Positions 25,756 to 39,484 of a stretch of 64,000 nt of DNA are shown here, piece after piece. The DNA is taken from contig CM102290.1 of the NCBI GenBank assembly GCA_046563655.1, positions 1,550,001-1,614,000 on the forward strand. Direction: 5' to 3'. Within the stretch, counting starts at the first letter, position 1, and every line of letters starts with the position of its first letter. The notes below the pieces were generated by a model that was not told the origin of the DNA, ran no database searches, and saw nothing but the letters and a program-made list of their open reading frames with translations. Both the position numbers and the translations under genes were made by a program. Origin of the DNA: Yuukianura sp. NJ FZ-2021. Taxonomy: Eukaryota.

Positions 25756-25976
25756 TACCAATACTGAAGAAGGGCACAACAATTATACGGTCGAAACACA
25801 TTAGTTTGGTTTAATAATTTAGATGTATAGTAAAGTTGGAAGTCTCATAAGTGAAAAAATCCGATTAACATGCATTTTGTTTCGCTGAATAATTAAAAGT
25901 TTCAGAGACATTATTTCTAATTTTCCGTCTTGGTTCATGCATAGTCCTAAGTGTTCAAATGATGTTTTATCTGATC

Positions 25977-27525
25977 CTACAAGTCGTAGCTATCATTTTG
26001 TGGCGTATCTCGATCATTTGAATCTCCTTCTCGACGACGCCCTCCATCTGTATTGTATGTAGCGTTCAACTGAGCGGCAATGGCTCTTCCCCTGGGATAA
26101 AGAACAAATCCGCATTAATTTGTTAACCCGAAGGCACAACGATGGTTGCTGGAGTAGAGTCGAATTTAAAGTCGCTATATACAACTACAACTTACATTTC
26201 CATGATCTGATCTAAATTTGAACCTGGTGCTGCTCCCGGCACGTTGATTCCTGCGCCTGGTAGATTGCTGCCAGGTAAGTTCCCGTTGGCTTGAAAGCTT
26301 CCCATGAGTGAGCGCATCCTGCAATATACGGAAAAGTCGTTAGCCTTAATCAACTCAATATTAAGATGACACTTTTATTAGTGGAAGGTCAACTCGTACA
26401 TGTTTTGCATTCCAGGATCCCGTAACATTTGAGTAGCCATATTCATCAGGGCCGGATTTTGGAAGAGGGAAGCAAAATCATTTGATCCAAGCCCGCCAAA
26501 TTGTCCTTGTGAACTATCGCCTTGCGCTTGACTGCTGAGGATTTCACTGGACACGCGCAAATTGTTGTCGTAGCTGGGGTTTGTAGGATCAAGTTCGCGT
26601 GCCTTCTTGTAACAGCTGTAGCCCTCGAGATGGTTGCCCAAGTTCGACTGCACAACCCTACAGTAGAACAGCAGCAGTTGATACAATTAAATTAACCATA
26701 TTGATGCGCTATTGGTTCAATAGCTCCCACAATAAACTAACCCCATACGCCCATATGCTCGAGCATACGTCGGATCCAACTGTATTGCGATTTGAACGTC
26801 CCTTAGTGCGTTTTCTAAGTCATTCATCTTGATATATGACGCCGATCGATTGCAAAAGTATACCGCATTGCTTCCATCTAACTCGATTGCTCTTCAAATG
26901 GAAAATAAATGTTGGATTTGCATAAAATAACCAAGCCCAAAAAACGAAATGATGTTGACAACTTACTCAGTATAAACTTTTAGGGCTTCACTGTACTCCC
27001 CATTCTTCATCAAGGCATTTCCTGCGTCTTTACAAGCATCCGCTTTTAGCTTTACATCGTGAGATACTGGTGGAGGTGGCGTGTATTGAGCACCTAGCTG
27101 AATTTCAACCGGCTAAAATTGAGAAAAAAATATTTAGGCAAGCTGGATACTCACGTCAGAATCTAGTACATACATATAAAAACAAAAGAACTTACTCTAA
27201 TCTCAGGCGTCGCCCCTGCAGCAGTAGCTGGTGGTGTTGGAGTTCCGCCCGTGGCCGCGTATAAATTCCCGAATGCCTGTGGGATCTGGAATGGACCGTT
27301 GTTTGTTGGTGCTGTAGAGGTTGACGAAGCCTGATATACTTCCCGAAGAGATTTGGAGGGTTTCAAACATGTGTCTTGTAGTGTAACCCCAAATGCAGTT
27401 TCCAAACACTGCATTGCTACTTCAAGACTCTCTCGGATGTCTGTCGTTGAAGTTGGTTTTCGAAACTCTTCATGCAAGAAGTCCAAGACGGCAAAGGCAA
27501 GTCGTTTCGTTTCCTGGTCTCCCAT
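25977..27525 (-). CDS. Sgt: Small glutamine-rich TPR co-chaperone SGT/SGTA (373 aa, 6 exons)
   Basis: Exons 27525-27196, 27112-26967, 26891-26742, 26657-26400, 26318-26196, 26091-25977. Contains the N-terminal dimerisation motif ESLEVAMQCLETAF, TPRs (KDAGNALMK, YFCNRSASY, YARAYGRMG, YKKARELDPTN) and STI1-like NPALMNMATQMLRDP. Confidence 0.94.
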
Positions 27526-28644
27526 GATTTACCTAATGGAGAAAAAATAAAATGCGTTAACGTTTGGTTGACATAAATAATATTCACCTCCATAGTTTTG
27601 AACATAAATAATTCTTATTTGTACTTGGTTTTTTCTTAGTTTTGTTGTTCAAACACAGTAGACGTGAAAAATAAGCTAGGTACGATAAGGAAGGTTTTGA
27701 AGTTTACCAACCTTATGTTTTTGGCGACAAATTAGGCACTCCCTCTTCGAGCTATGAATGACGGTGACGGTCTAAAAAAAAAACAAAATAATCGAAGTAT
27801 TTACTACAGTCAAGTGTTGAAGTAAAGATGCAAATTTAGCTACTACTAAGCTACTACTACTTAGCTAGCTTTTTTTTTTTAGTAGAAGAGGTCGTTTAGT
27901 ACGTTCCGTATGGAACGGAAGCTAAACTATTTCTCAGAAAACCCATAAAGTTTAAAGTTTCGACAACTGCATGGAGTCACTTATTTACTGGCTAAGCGCA
28001 GAAAACATATTTTCCTGGCCTAACTTTATTAGTTACCCTCTATTTTAGACAAAGTCTACGACCCGTTCGAGAACTGCGCAATGCGACCTATCCTCTTATG
28101 GACCAGTATATAAAGAACTTACTAAACAGTAGATAAAATTCAATTCGAATGTTAGAATTTGAGATTGACCGTACTTGTTACCTTTCTAATGTAGGTCACA
28201 GGGCGAAAAGAAATGATTTTTGTGATGATGACTGTAAATTGAGGATTTGAAGAAACCGCAAAACACACGACACAGTGGATGATTACAAGCAGAATTTTGC
28301 CTGCGCTACGCAGCGTTGCCAAGCTGATAATTTTTATATATTTTAATTTCCTAAAAACTGCAATATTTATTGTAGTTTCGACCAACTAAATAAGGATTCG
28401 GACTCATTTCTGAGTATATACTAATCATATGTAATTCTCATCCACACGATACACGAAAAAATCCAAGGGCAAAGGTTACACCAGAAGAGAACGGAAAATG
28501 CCGACTTCTGAATTTAGTTTTTTCGGCGACTGATTTGTTTTAAGTTTGAACGCGCGAAATTCAAAACTAAATTGTTTTGACTTCCCCTCTCGATCTGAAC
28601 TCGGGTATTTCTGGAGCAGAACAGAAGGTAAGGAAGGATCGAAC

Positions 28645-29670
28645 CCATTAACTTGGAAATATAGCTTTCTCCCATAGTTAACTATGGGATTTTCTCCCTA
28701 TTTTCAGTTTACGTGATACCATAGAGCCGAAGTGATGCTAAATCACATATGGGCATCAAAAGTAATTTCTAAATTATAAAATTTTAATTTTAACTAACCT
28801 TTAATTGTTAGAAGCATCAGGAGTTTGTGCTGCTGGAAAATTGCTACATAATATGCAGCAAACGACTGGAATTTAAAATAAAACATACCTCAAACCAGCC
28901 TCCTGCAAATGGCGCCCATAGCAACCAACGCAATTTTTTGTTTGTGACGTCACCAGCTGAAAAATACCGTAATCGTGAAATTGGAACCCGCTGGCATTTA
29001 TGTAAACAAGATGTGTCTTACGGGTTTCTATAGGACACCACCAATAATTGGCAGAATTCCGGTATTTTCAGCGGGTGACGTCATTTTTTTTCCACATGGC
29101 AACCAAACAAACTTTCCATTCGCACTACCTAGTAGTATTCTATTTACCTTGACCTCAAACAATTACAGATTACATAGAATACGATTACAAATTACTAAAT
29201 CTGTACTCGTAATCAAAATACCTAGTTTAACATTGGGACGACCAACACTCGCGAATTATAGTATGATAGTTCAACTTTATGAAAGAAATTAATTCCATTT
29301 TGTTAATTAGTACTAGCCATACTAGTAGTACTAATTAACACGTTATACAAGTACTAATTATACAAGTACTAATTACTAGTACTAGTTAGTACTAGTAATT
29401 AGTACTAGTTAATTGATTAATTAATTAGTTAATTATTAAATTAATTTTAACTAATTATTAATTCGGATTAATTATTAATTTTTATTATTCACAAAACTAA
29501 TGTGAATTAATTTTTAACTAATTAGCCGTCAATTTATGTAATTTAGAAAATATTTCTGATGCCCATATGCGATTTAGCATTGCTTCGGCTCTGTGGTATT
29601 ATGGAAAGTCAAAATATGGTGAAAGTCCCTAACTGTGGGAGAAAGCCATAGTAATCTCCAAATGGACACC
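28645..29670. mobile_element. Non-autonomous element with ~130-bp imperfect terminal inverted repeats (Mutator/foldback-like) and a nested small inverted-repeat unit
   Basis: Left GCTTTCTCCCATAGTTA...ATACCATAGAGCCGAAGTGATGCTAAATCACATATGGGCATCA mirrors right TGATGCCCATATGCGATTTAGCATTGCTTCGGCTCTGTGGTAT...TAACTGTGGGAGAAAGC. Internal pair TGACGTCACC.GCTGAAAA.TACCG at ~28945-28970 and ~29060-29083. ACTAGT/TTAA simple repeats at 29310-29520. Confidence 0.75.
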
Positions 29671-29906
29671 CATACAGACGACATTGTTTTGTGTAGTACT
29701 TCTGTCAATGTCACTTTCTATTTGAACGTCGCCTTGTCGAGGTGTCAATTGTTGTGGACCAGTCTCCGGCTTCCCTTCTGTGCTAGGTACCTCCAGTAGT
29801 TGGAGTCCGATTTACAGTCCCATCCCATCTTGTTCCAAATCTTATTTTCAATAGGTAATTGTTAACTTATTGTTAAGTTGGAAACTGAAGTTGACGGATA
29901 AGGAAG

Positions 29907-31146
29907 ATGGCACATCAATCCTTATGGAATTCGTATATGGAGATCCCGGTAGTCACCAGAGCCTACACTACAGCCTGTGTCCTAACAACCCTAGCAGTGG
30001 TAAGGTCATAAAGCTTCTGCAACGAAAGAATTTATGTTTAAATGAATCTAAATGAAAAAGAAGATGCCTGTGGGATTAACATTGATGTAAATTTTGTTTG
30101 TTTTGTTTCAGCAAATGGAATTTGTTACGCCGTACCAACTATATTTTAATCCCTACAAGGTCGTTTATGAGCATCAAGTGAGATTAATATTGAAATTAGT
30201 CTGCGAGTACCAGGGAATTTTCTGTATATAGTGGAAGCATATGGTTAATAATGTTCTATTTGTGTTTACAGTGGTGGAGGCTGCTGACGAATTTTCTATT
30301 TTTTGGAACGCTCAGTTTCAATTTTGTATTCAACATAATTTTTACATATCGGTACTGCCGTACTCTGGAAGAATCGTCATTTCGCAACAAGACATCTGAT
30401 TTTGTTATGATGTTCATCTTTGGAGCTGTTAGTACATTGGTAAGGTTCCCTACGATGATACGTTAGTACTTAAAACTGACTTAAAGCGTAAAGCCCTTAA
30501 AATAGAATGCATTACACGACACATTTTGTTTGGTTTTGACTAGGTAATCGCATATTTTGCTAACCTAATCTTTCTGGGTCATGCTTTCACGCTCATGCTC
30601 GTGTACGTATGGTCTCGTCGTAATCCACTCGTCCGAATGAATTTCTTTGGGGTACTCAACTTTCAAGTAAGTTCATAAATTCAAGCCAAGTAATCGCTTA
30701 TAACTGATTCAAGACTTGCCCGTAACCTTTACTACTTTCTAGGCTCCACTTCTGCCGCTTGTGATTCTTGGGTTTTCTGTTCTGTTGGGAAATTCAGTTC
30801 AAATCGATTTGATTGGGATCTCAGTTGGTCATGCATACTATTTCATGGAAGACGTTTTCCCCAATCAACCCGGTGGATTTCGGATTCTACGCACTCCTGA
30901 TTTCCTGTAAACTTACTGGATTACTTTTCATAATTTAGTTTCTTGGAGTTTATGTTTTATTCTAATAATCTAATAGCACTCTTTGCCGTTTATTTGCACA
31001 GGAAGAAAATTTTCGATCCAGAGGAGACTGTTTATTACCCACTTCCTGAAGAAGATCGTCCAGGAAATTTTGAATGGGGTGATGCACTGGATGACCAAGG
31101 ACGCGGAGGGGACAGGGAAAATCCACCTCCACCCGCTCAAAATTAA
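29907..31146 (+). CDS. Der-2: Derlin-2 (ERAD membrane protein, 252 aa, 6 exons)
   Basis: Exons 29907-29999, 30112-30177, 30272-30439, 30544-30666, 30743-30906, 31002-31146. Motifs [74 protein letters not shown] and SHP-like RPGNFEWG. Confidence 0.96.
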
Positions 31147-31587
31147 TGGAGACCCGCTGTATTTTTTTTTTGTTTAAAGTTCAATTACTGCTGCAGTAAT
31201 GCTGTTGGAAGTCCGCTAAAATCGTTATCATTAAATAGTCTTTTACACTTCCAAACACATTGTGATATTCCTCCAAAAAGTAAAAAGTTAGCAGGTAATT
31301 ACGAGTTGTAAGAGATACTAACCCTAACCTTCTCTTTGAGTAAGCCAAAACACCTCAATTTACCAATACATTTAAATGCTTGCCCAAAGTTTGAATGTAT
31401 TAAACAAAACTCTATTCAAATCGTACACTCCACTCTAGCATCTTGGTCTTTCTTGGATTTTAACATCTATGTTATTCGTCAATTCCAGTTTTAAATTTAT
31501 CTGTAGTTTGCCTTAGCTTAGATTGACAATTGAGTTAAGGTTGCGTCCCTACATCAAACTGAATTTAAATGATTAAAACCACCTGTC

Positions 31588-31817
31588 GGTGATAATTTTT
31601 AACGATCGTCATTGTAGCTGCATGGTGTAGCCAATTTGCCGGTACAATGGGTGGCTACATTATGTGGCTACTCATGTTGCCAGTTTAGATTATGGTAGAG
31701 CGCACACGGATATTGCCAGGAAATGACATAAGGTGTTGCCTCCTACGGCAGCCACGCAAGACGGCTGGCTGGATGCACTGTACGGATACAACTACCATCG
31801 TTATCCTTACTTCGACC
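31588..31817. mobile_element. MITE family with GG-(C/T)GAAGTAAGG...TGTAGCC internal motifs, copy 1
   Basis: AACGATCGTCATTGTAGC...GGCTACA...CGTTATCCTTACTTCGACC, shared with copies at 38761, 49298 and 52011. Confidence 0.7.
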
Positions 31818-32912
31818 CAATTGCTTATTTTGAAATAGTATAGAAAGGTTAAACACCCTAAGGAAAAAGCTTCATATTGTAAACCCTACTCCAATGGCTA
31901 TGGTTACAACAAAAAAAAATTATAAGTTTTTATTTCTGAAGAAGGACAGAGATCGTGTCCGAAAGCTAGGGTCTTTTTTGCAAATAAAAATTGAAACATC
32001 AACTGGCGTATTCCGATCTAAAATGCAACTTTACAACTGTTGAGGTTGGACTATTTCCTGAAAAAGAATTATTCTAATACAAAATTAGGAAATTTTAACT
32101 TAGCAATTAAGTAGCAATTAAGAGCCATTGCTTTCTATAATGTTGATATGAAAAACTGTTATTAATCGACTAAAAGTTTCCCTTAGTCAATGTGGGTGTG
32201 TAAAAGCCCTAGTTTGACTCATCATCACAAAGGGAGAAGCGCCTCATCAGCTGATTCTCTACGACTTTATTTCAGAACTTGTTTACAAAGGACGACATAC
32301 AAATCAGCGTAAACTATAGTACTCTAAATTTTACACTTTTTATAACTGTTGTCAATTAACAAAGTTAGTTTTCTAAGATTCCTCCTCAGTTTATACAAGT
32401 GCATCTTCCCATCATCGCATCATCCCATCCATCGAATTCTCGGAGGTAACGAAACCAAGGTGTAACGATAATAAGAATAAATACGTCGTTATAACATTTT
32501 TTTGGGATTAATACGCAATTAACGTTCGACTTACCGTAAATTGAAGCTACATGATACTGATGCACTCAGTAGCGTGCATGCTGGTAGCTGGTGTTGTTCG
32601 GAACACAAATTTTTGAGTCCGATAATCGTGGCAGTAGTCATGTTCATGACTCGTGTTACATGAGTGACTCCCACTCATCCATGACTCATTGTCTTTCAAT
32701 AACGTTTTGTAACTTGAATTAACTTCCTATCATCTTTTGACAAATGAAACGCAGAGCATGGTTGTCATTTATACTAGCTAAGCAAGTGGAACTAACTGTA
32801 CTGTATTGTATGTTAATATGCATTTTAACTTTAATTGTTGTTGCAGTAAATACACGTACGGACTGAACACTCTACGCGATTACTGGAAGCTGATCATCTA
32901 AAACGTTGAAAC

Positions 32913-33473
<561 letters not shown>

Positions 33474-34452
33474 CAAACAACTGATCCCATCAGCAAGTCC
33501 AACGGTTTACTCTAAATTCCCAACAATTTTTGGACATCGTTGTAACACCCTCATCTAAAATTACGTCAAAGGTACTAGGTTTCGCAACGTCAATAATTTC
33601 TCAAGTTTTTCTCTCGAAATTACATACAAAATTATGTGTAAGTGCTTGATCCATGTCAAGTTGAAATTTACCTGGCAGCTCCTGCCTAACGTAACTTTAC
33701 AAGACATGAATCTTGCTAATAAGTAATTAACGTTAAGACTAGGAAGAAATCGCAACAAAATCTATTCTGATCATCACTGCACAATAATAACACGGAAAGA
33801 AATAACGAAACGATTTAGAGAACTTTTAGGATCTTTTTGTACATAAACGTAAACAATTAGTTGTTAAATTATACGTCAAACGTTAGCTAAACCTGATGAA
33901 ATCTGGCTGCTAGTACGCTGATGTGTGATTACAACAAATGTCTCGATTTTTAGGCGACTTAAACTCGATTACTAACTGTTTTCATCGCCAATAATTTACT
34001 AAATAACTGATTAATTCGGCCTTAGATTATTCGATTATTGCTTCGATTACTACTCGAATAATCCCAGTTTAGTTAGCCTCTTTACAACTTGTAAGGTAGT
34101 TATGTCCTAAATAAATGAATCAATCCGAAACATACCAAGTGATATTAAACAGGTAATAATAATACTTTTGTGTCTTTATTATTCATCGTCCCTTTAGCTT
34201 AAACACAACACAGCCTTAACGTTCTGACAAGAACCCCTCAGTTTCACACCCCATACAAGAGGTTTAGTCAAATAACTAACTTAATTACTAATTATATAAC
34301 AGTCAAACACTATTAAGTCATAACCTATTCTCTCCTCTTACGTTATTGTAAAATATTATAAATCAGTTTCAAGGTTTAGAATTATTTCAGAAAACTAGTA
34401 ATTAGTTGAATAATAAACGATCAGCGGGAGTTTCAAAGGACTCCCCTCTCAA

Positions 34453-36882
34453 TCACTGCACCTCTAACCCAGCAAAGTCCGAGTCCATCTTAAGGATGTA
34501 GGGAATTACCGTGTCAATCTGGGTACTTCCTAGTAGGTTCGTAAAAAACAATTCTTCCATTGCTGTTGAATTTAAGGCTCTACAAACACAGAAAATGAAT
34601 ATGTTTACTCAATTTAATTCATCATTTAGCAAAATCGTTAGTTCATACCGAAGCTGGGGAAGAAGGAGGAGGATTTTATTCAGTCGATGCTCACTGGATT
34701 CATCCAAGTCATCCGAGGAAACCATAATGTGGTTCTGAAGGCGGCCAAGTATGAGGTTTTGAACTTCGTAGATTGCAGATGAGACCCCGTAACCAAATGC
34801 TGCCAGTCGCTCTGTAGGAAATAATAGGCGTTAATAACTGTTCCACTTCTAGATACTTTCGATTTGCCACGAACTCACCTGGACTAAACATAGCCAAGCA
34901 CTTGAGAGCCGCAAATTCCACATCGTCCAAAGCACAGAGTTGTGCGTTACGAATAAATACTCGCAGCTTAGAGACGTGTTCTGCGATACTTGTGAGTCGT
35001 GAGGAAGAGCAATTGGCTTGGAGGTGCACTAGTAAAGCCTATTACAAAACACATTCCTTTAATCATATAAACATTACATTAATCATAATACTTAAAGCTG
35101 TATGAAGTTAATTGATGACAAACTTACATTGAGAACGTTTGTCAAAGACATCATCGTCTGGCACTGGACCAGCCCAATAGTGAACAATTCACTCCAAACA
35201 GACTTTGACATCGTAATCTGCATTTCCAATCTGTAATGACAAATCAGAAATCAATCAACTACCGTCTCATGCATTATTTCTGCCCTCAGAGTCGTCACGG
35301 AACATAATCTCCAAAGGTCAAACTAATCCATATAAGCCATAAACTTTGAAAGGTCAACTCCTAAGGTCACTTTTAGAAAGGTCACCACACAGCCAAATAT
35401 AACAAAGAAGTGACGTACGTGAGTGCCTGGAAGGCAGGAAGCGACCGGGCCCAATGAATTGAGAAAAAAAGGAGGCGCGAGGCCGTTTCACAGACGTATT
35501 GGACATTTAGCAATCCATTGGACGGAGGAGGTCCAGGGCTCACCAGATTAAATTGAGCACAAGAGTCGGGAAGAATATTATCGCTATGGATTCCATCAAA
35601 AATGTCCGAACTTCCATCTTCCTCGTTTTCCTGATTACCAAAACAAAGCAAACACGTTAGTTTTCAAAGTACAAAAAAGAATAATTTGGCAGCATTGTTT
35701 GGATTGGGAGGGAACAGGTAGCAAAACTGGTTCAAATCAAGTATTTGAAAGAACCACTTAGGAATGAATGAGTCTAAAGTCTGGACTCTGGAGCCATTCA
35801 CCTCTAAAGTAATCACATGAGAGATTGTTTCAATGGCCTTTGCTACAACACTCCGTTCAGAGCTCTCCGTCTCTCCGGCACTTTCTGATTCGTCTTCATC
35901 TACAAGTCAAAAGAAAGATTCATAAGCATAGTAACTTTGTCATTAGAAAAACAATGACGCATTTAACGTATTTCTGCTTAGTACCTTGGTAGCTGTTGCT
36001 GTCAAAGAGTTGATACCCTTGACGATTGTACAAATTTGTCAAGTCTGACGTGCCAAAAAGTGACGATGGGGAGGCTGGGCCACTATCATCGGCCAGGTCT
36101 CCTCTCTTGAATTGATTGGACAATGGCTTTCGTTCATGCTGAACTGCTGTACAGAAATTCATATAGTCAAAGTCTCAATCAGGCGTTGGGCGGACTAAAC
36201 TAAGGTTAATTAAATAGACGATTACCGTTAAAAGGTATCGTCTTTTAATTATAAAGCCTGACTATAAGCAAGTTTCTTACATTTCTTAACATTAACAGTG
36301 TAATTGTAACGTTAGAAAGGTATATTACTCACAGTCAGAGCGCATTCCCATTTGTAGGCACTTTTGAAGACGGCAATACTGACAGCGATTTCGATGATGC
36401 TTTGTCACTTCACAGTTTTTGGAACCGCGACAGGAATATCCCAGTTGTTTTCGGATTGATCTTTTAAAAAATCCTTTGCAACCTTCACAACTGATGGCAC
36501 CGTAATGACGTCCTACGTATAAAGTAACACAAAGTTAAAATGGTTACACTAAAAATGCTTGTTGGATTGATGAAAGTACCTGAAGCACGATCTCCGCAGA
36601 CGACACAAACATCAAGAGTGACCGAAATGAGTGGACTTCTGTTCCTTTCATAGTCAAATGCGTTTCCCAAGTCATTCGAATCCAGAAGTTCTGTCAAATA
36701 ATAAAATTGGTTATAAAAACAGTTCATTCAAATTCAACACAAACTACTACACTAATTGGATAACCAGTTAAACTTAAAGTGTAGCCTTATACTAATTCCC
36801 CTTTCCCCGTTACCAACTGATAGCTATCAACTAACGACAAATAAGAACTTATAAGTTTCATACCTTGTTTTATGTGGCTCAT
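34453..36882 (-). CDS. Hr78: Nuclear receptor HR78 / TR2-TR4 (NR2C/D) (444 aa, 10 exons)
   Basis: Exons 36882-36864, 36690-36580, 36512-36333, 36146-35985, 35899-35802, 35630-35419, 35230-35128, 35038-34879, 34811-34649, 34579-34453. DNA-binding domain [37 protein letters not shown]...[15 protein letters not shown]...SVQHERKP. Ligand-binding domain [19 protein letters not shown]...[24 protein letters not shown]. The 19-nt first coding exon is less certain. Confidence 0.93.
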
Positions 36883-37878
36883 GCTGATTAGGCGCTACCT
36901 CTGATTCTGTCTCAACAGCTTAATTACTTAGTCGGGCTGATTACTTAGGACAGGTAACTAGCTTGCGGGCATTACACTACTCATCCACTTCCAATCGTTC
37001 TTACGAAGATGAATACTAGCAAGTCCAACTGTCTGGAAATTTGCGACAGTACAATAATACTTGATATAAGCGTCAACCAGCCCGCCTTCATTGCATCCCA
37101 CCCAAGGAAGTTTAGGACAAATCGGACACTCCAAGATTCCAGAAACCAAGTAGTAAGCAGAAAGTGAAAGTTAGAGTGATTCACGAAGTGTGTCCAGAGA
37201 TAAGCAGTACTTGGATACTTGGTCCGATGAACTGAGATAAGCAGAGAAGCAAAGACTGATGACAAAGGAGCAGCAGTGATGGGCAGGGCAAGAGGACCGT
37301 GGAAGTGGGTTCTTAGGTGTTGTCCGTACCCGTGGTAGAGGTGACTCGATGGATAATGTCAGAGTTGACTGCGAGGTCGACTTCTGGTGGCGTTTGGATG
37401 GCCACGTCAGAGCCTTGATTAAAAGGTTGTTTGGTCTACCTGTTCGTGGGTAGGAGATGCTGTAGGGACGCTTCGTGGGTTCGTGGTCGAGGGGCAAAGC
37501 GGATCCATCGTATAGGGTGAGAGGTTATGACCGTCGGCAACTTGTGACGTCCCATTTCCTCCCATTCCCATCAGCCCAAAAAAATTACGAGAACCAAAAG
37601 CAAGGCAAGGAGAAAGAGGACTAAACCAAAAAGCATCATCCAATTCCAAGTGTACAAGGCGCAGATTCACTCCACAGTCACAGAGATTCCTACAACAACC
37701 CAAACAAATCCATTACCCGCTTCTTTACAAACATAGCAAATGACCTCTAACAAATGTCTGACCTCATATGTACAACGACTCCTGATGGCGTTGGGTTCAT
37801 TGGATTCGTCCAAATGATACTCAAGTGCACAGTTTTTGGACAAGTCGAGGGAGTAACTTTACCAGTACCGGACTGCAG

Positions 37879-38492
37879 TTAAGATGATGCTTCTGATATT
37901 GATACTTCGTTAAGTACTGGCACTTCAGCTTCTAAATATGACTTAAGGCTGAAATCCATAAAAAGGATAACAAATAAACAAACCCAGTTAGTTACTCCCA
38001 CCGAAATGTTTGTACAATCACTTCCTTAGGCATAAGTTACCATTTATACCGATTAAATTCAACACTTAACCGCCACCGATTATGATAATTATGTATCGTC
38101 TTCAACTTCGTATGAATAATGTGCTTACTACGCAATATTCCACCGGGGCCAGTTGAAGGAGGTGCTGTTGGTTCGGGTGCCGTTGATGAAGAGACCGATG
38201 ATGAAGACACCGATGATGAAGATGTCGATGATGAAGAAGTCGGAGATAAAGACTTCGGTGATGCAGAGTTCGATGAAGACGACGATGGTGGAGGTGCCGT
38301 AGACGAAGATACCGATGATGAAGACACCGGTGATGCAGGTGGAGACTCCGATAAATTTTCGTTTGTTTCTTTTGGTATTGGTTTATGACGTTCAGGTTCC
38401 GGGACGTAGTCGGAATCTGTTTCTGACGATTCTGATGTCGGAGACTTTGAACTGTCGTGAGACGATTCTGATTTCCAGTCAATGGATGACAT
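37879..38492 (-). CDS. Hypothetical Ser/Pro-rich protein (151 aa unspliced, ~173 aa if spliced) upstream of Hr78
   Basis: ORF 38492-38037 has an in-frame upstream stop. A donor TG|GTAACT at 38041/38040 and acceptor TTTCAG|C at 37949/37948 would extend it with CLKSYLEAEVPVLNEVSISEASS*. Low complexity, no recognisable domain. Confidence 0.4.
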
Positions 38493-38760
38493 CCTGTCTA
38501 GATTGAGTCAAACACTGATGAAATCTGAAGAAATTACCTGATCAATTACTAATTGATGTCGTACGTGCGTCCAAATGAAGCAATGAAGGTCAGCGCTTGT
38601 TCGGGCTCGGTGTTTCTTGTGGACAACGTATTGCCTGTGTGACCATGCTGTCCGTTGAATCACGTGAGATTTAGCGCGCAAATTCCCAGTTCAAAAAGGT
38701 AAATATAAACAAAGCATTCAAAAAATAAACACATGAAAAAAAAGTGCCAAAATTCAAAAA

Positions 38761-39184
38761 GGTGGAAGTAAGGAAGTAAGGATGAACGACTGTCATTGTA
38801 GCCGCCCAGCGTAGCCACTCCGGGATTTTTAGTGCCTGCAATGGGCCTGAGTGGCCTACCTAACCTAATGTAATCTAAAGTGGCAACATACCTTGCCGCA
38901 CTTTGTAGCCACCCATTCAGTCCATTACATAGTTCGGCACTTTCGCGATCAGAGCACTACAGAGTACATGGTAGGGTCAAAAGATCGGGGTTCGGGTGCA
39001 TTGGAGCGCAAGGTATTGTATCATCTCCTTGCGATCGCAATCTCCGCTCCTAATGTTAACAATATGAAGATCGGAGATTGGAAGCAGCGATTTCCGCTTC
39101 CTTGATCCTGAAAAGTAGTCTCCAATGATTCCGAGTTGCTACGCAGTGTGGTTACAACGACAGTCGTTAAACCTTACGCCAACG
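38761..39184. mobile_element. MITE family (GAAGTAAGG/TGTAGCC), copy 2, enlarged by ~200 bp of internal sequence
   Basis: GGTGGAAGTAAGG...GATGAACGACTGTCATTGTAGCC at the left end and GGTTACAACGACAGTCGTTAAACCTTACGCCAAC at the right end. Confidence 0.7.
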
Positions 39185-39484
39185 TTCAAACCAATAAAAC
39201 AAAGATTCATTAAAATTAATGATTAATAAATTAATTATTAATTGTAATTGCTTCATTTCGTTTTTTAAAAAAGAGGCTTAGATGTCTTCTTTATTAATTT
39301 CCGAGAACAAGAGGCGGTGACGATGGACAGGGGGACCAAACGTTTTCTTAACTATTGTAAAGTCAAACAACAGCGATCCTTATTTGAACGTTCGACGTTC
39401 AAACAGGCACAACCACTTTTACCGTAAGTAAATAACACTGGATTGTTGTTCCAACTTATGCAGTTGTGTTCTAAAAGCTGAACT

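Noticed and set aside
27534..27605. Out-of-frame uORF overlapping the SGTA start
   Set aside because: It depends on a 53-nt intron. An alternative donor near 27706 would remove these ATGs, and this cannot be resolved without RNA data.
36958..37497. Two same-frame ORFs separated by one stop, considered as readthrough or selenoprotein
   Set aside because: The stop is TAA, neither ORF begins with a true ATG, and no motif is recognisable. Kept only as part of the Hr78 leader finding.
38119..38388. Highly acidic plus-strand ORF (DEDTDDED...) and Arg/His-rich ORF 38102..38482
   Set aside because: Most simply antisense and alternate-frame shadows of the low-complexity Ser-rich ORF (TCA/TCG repeats).
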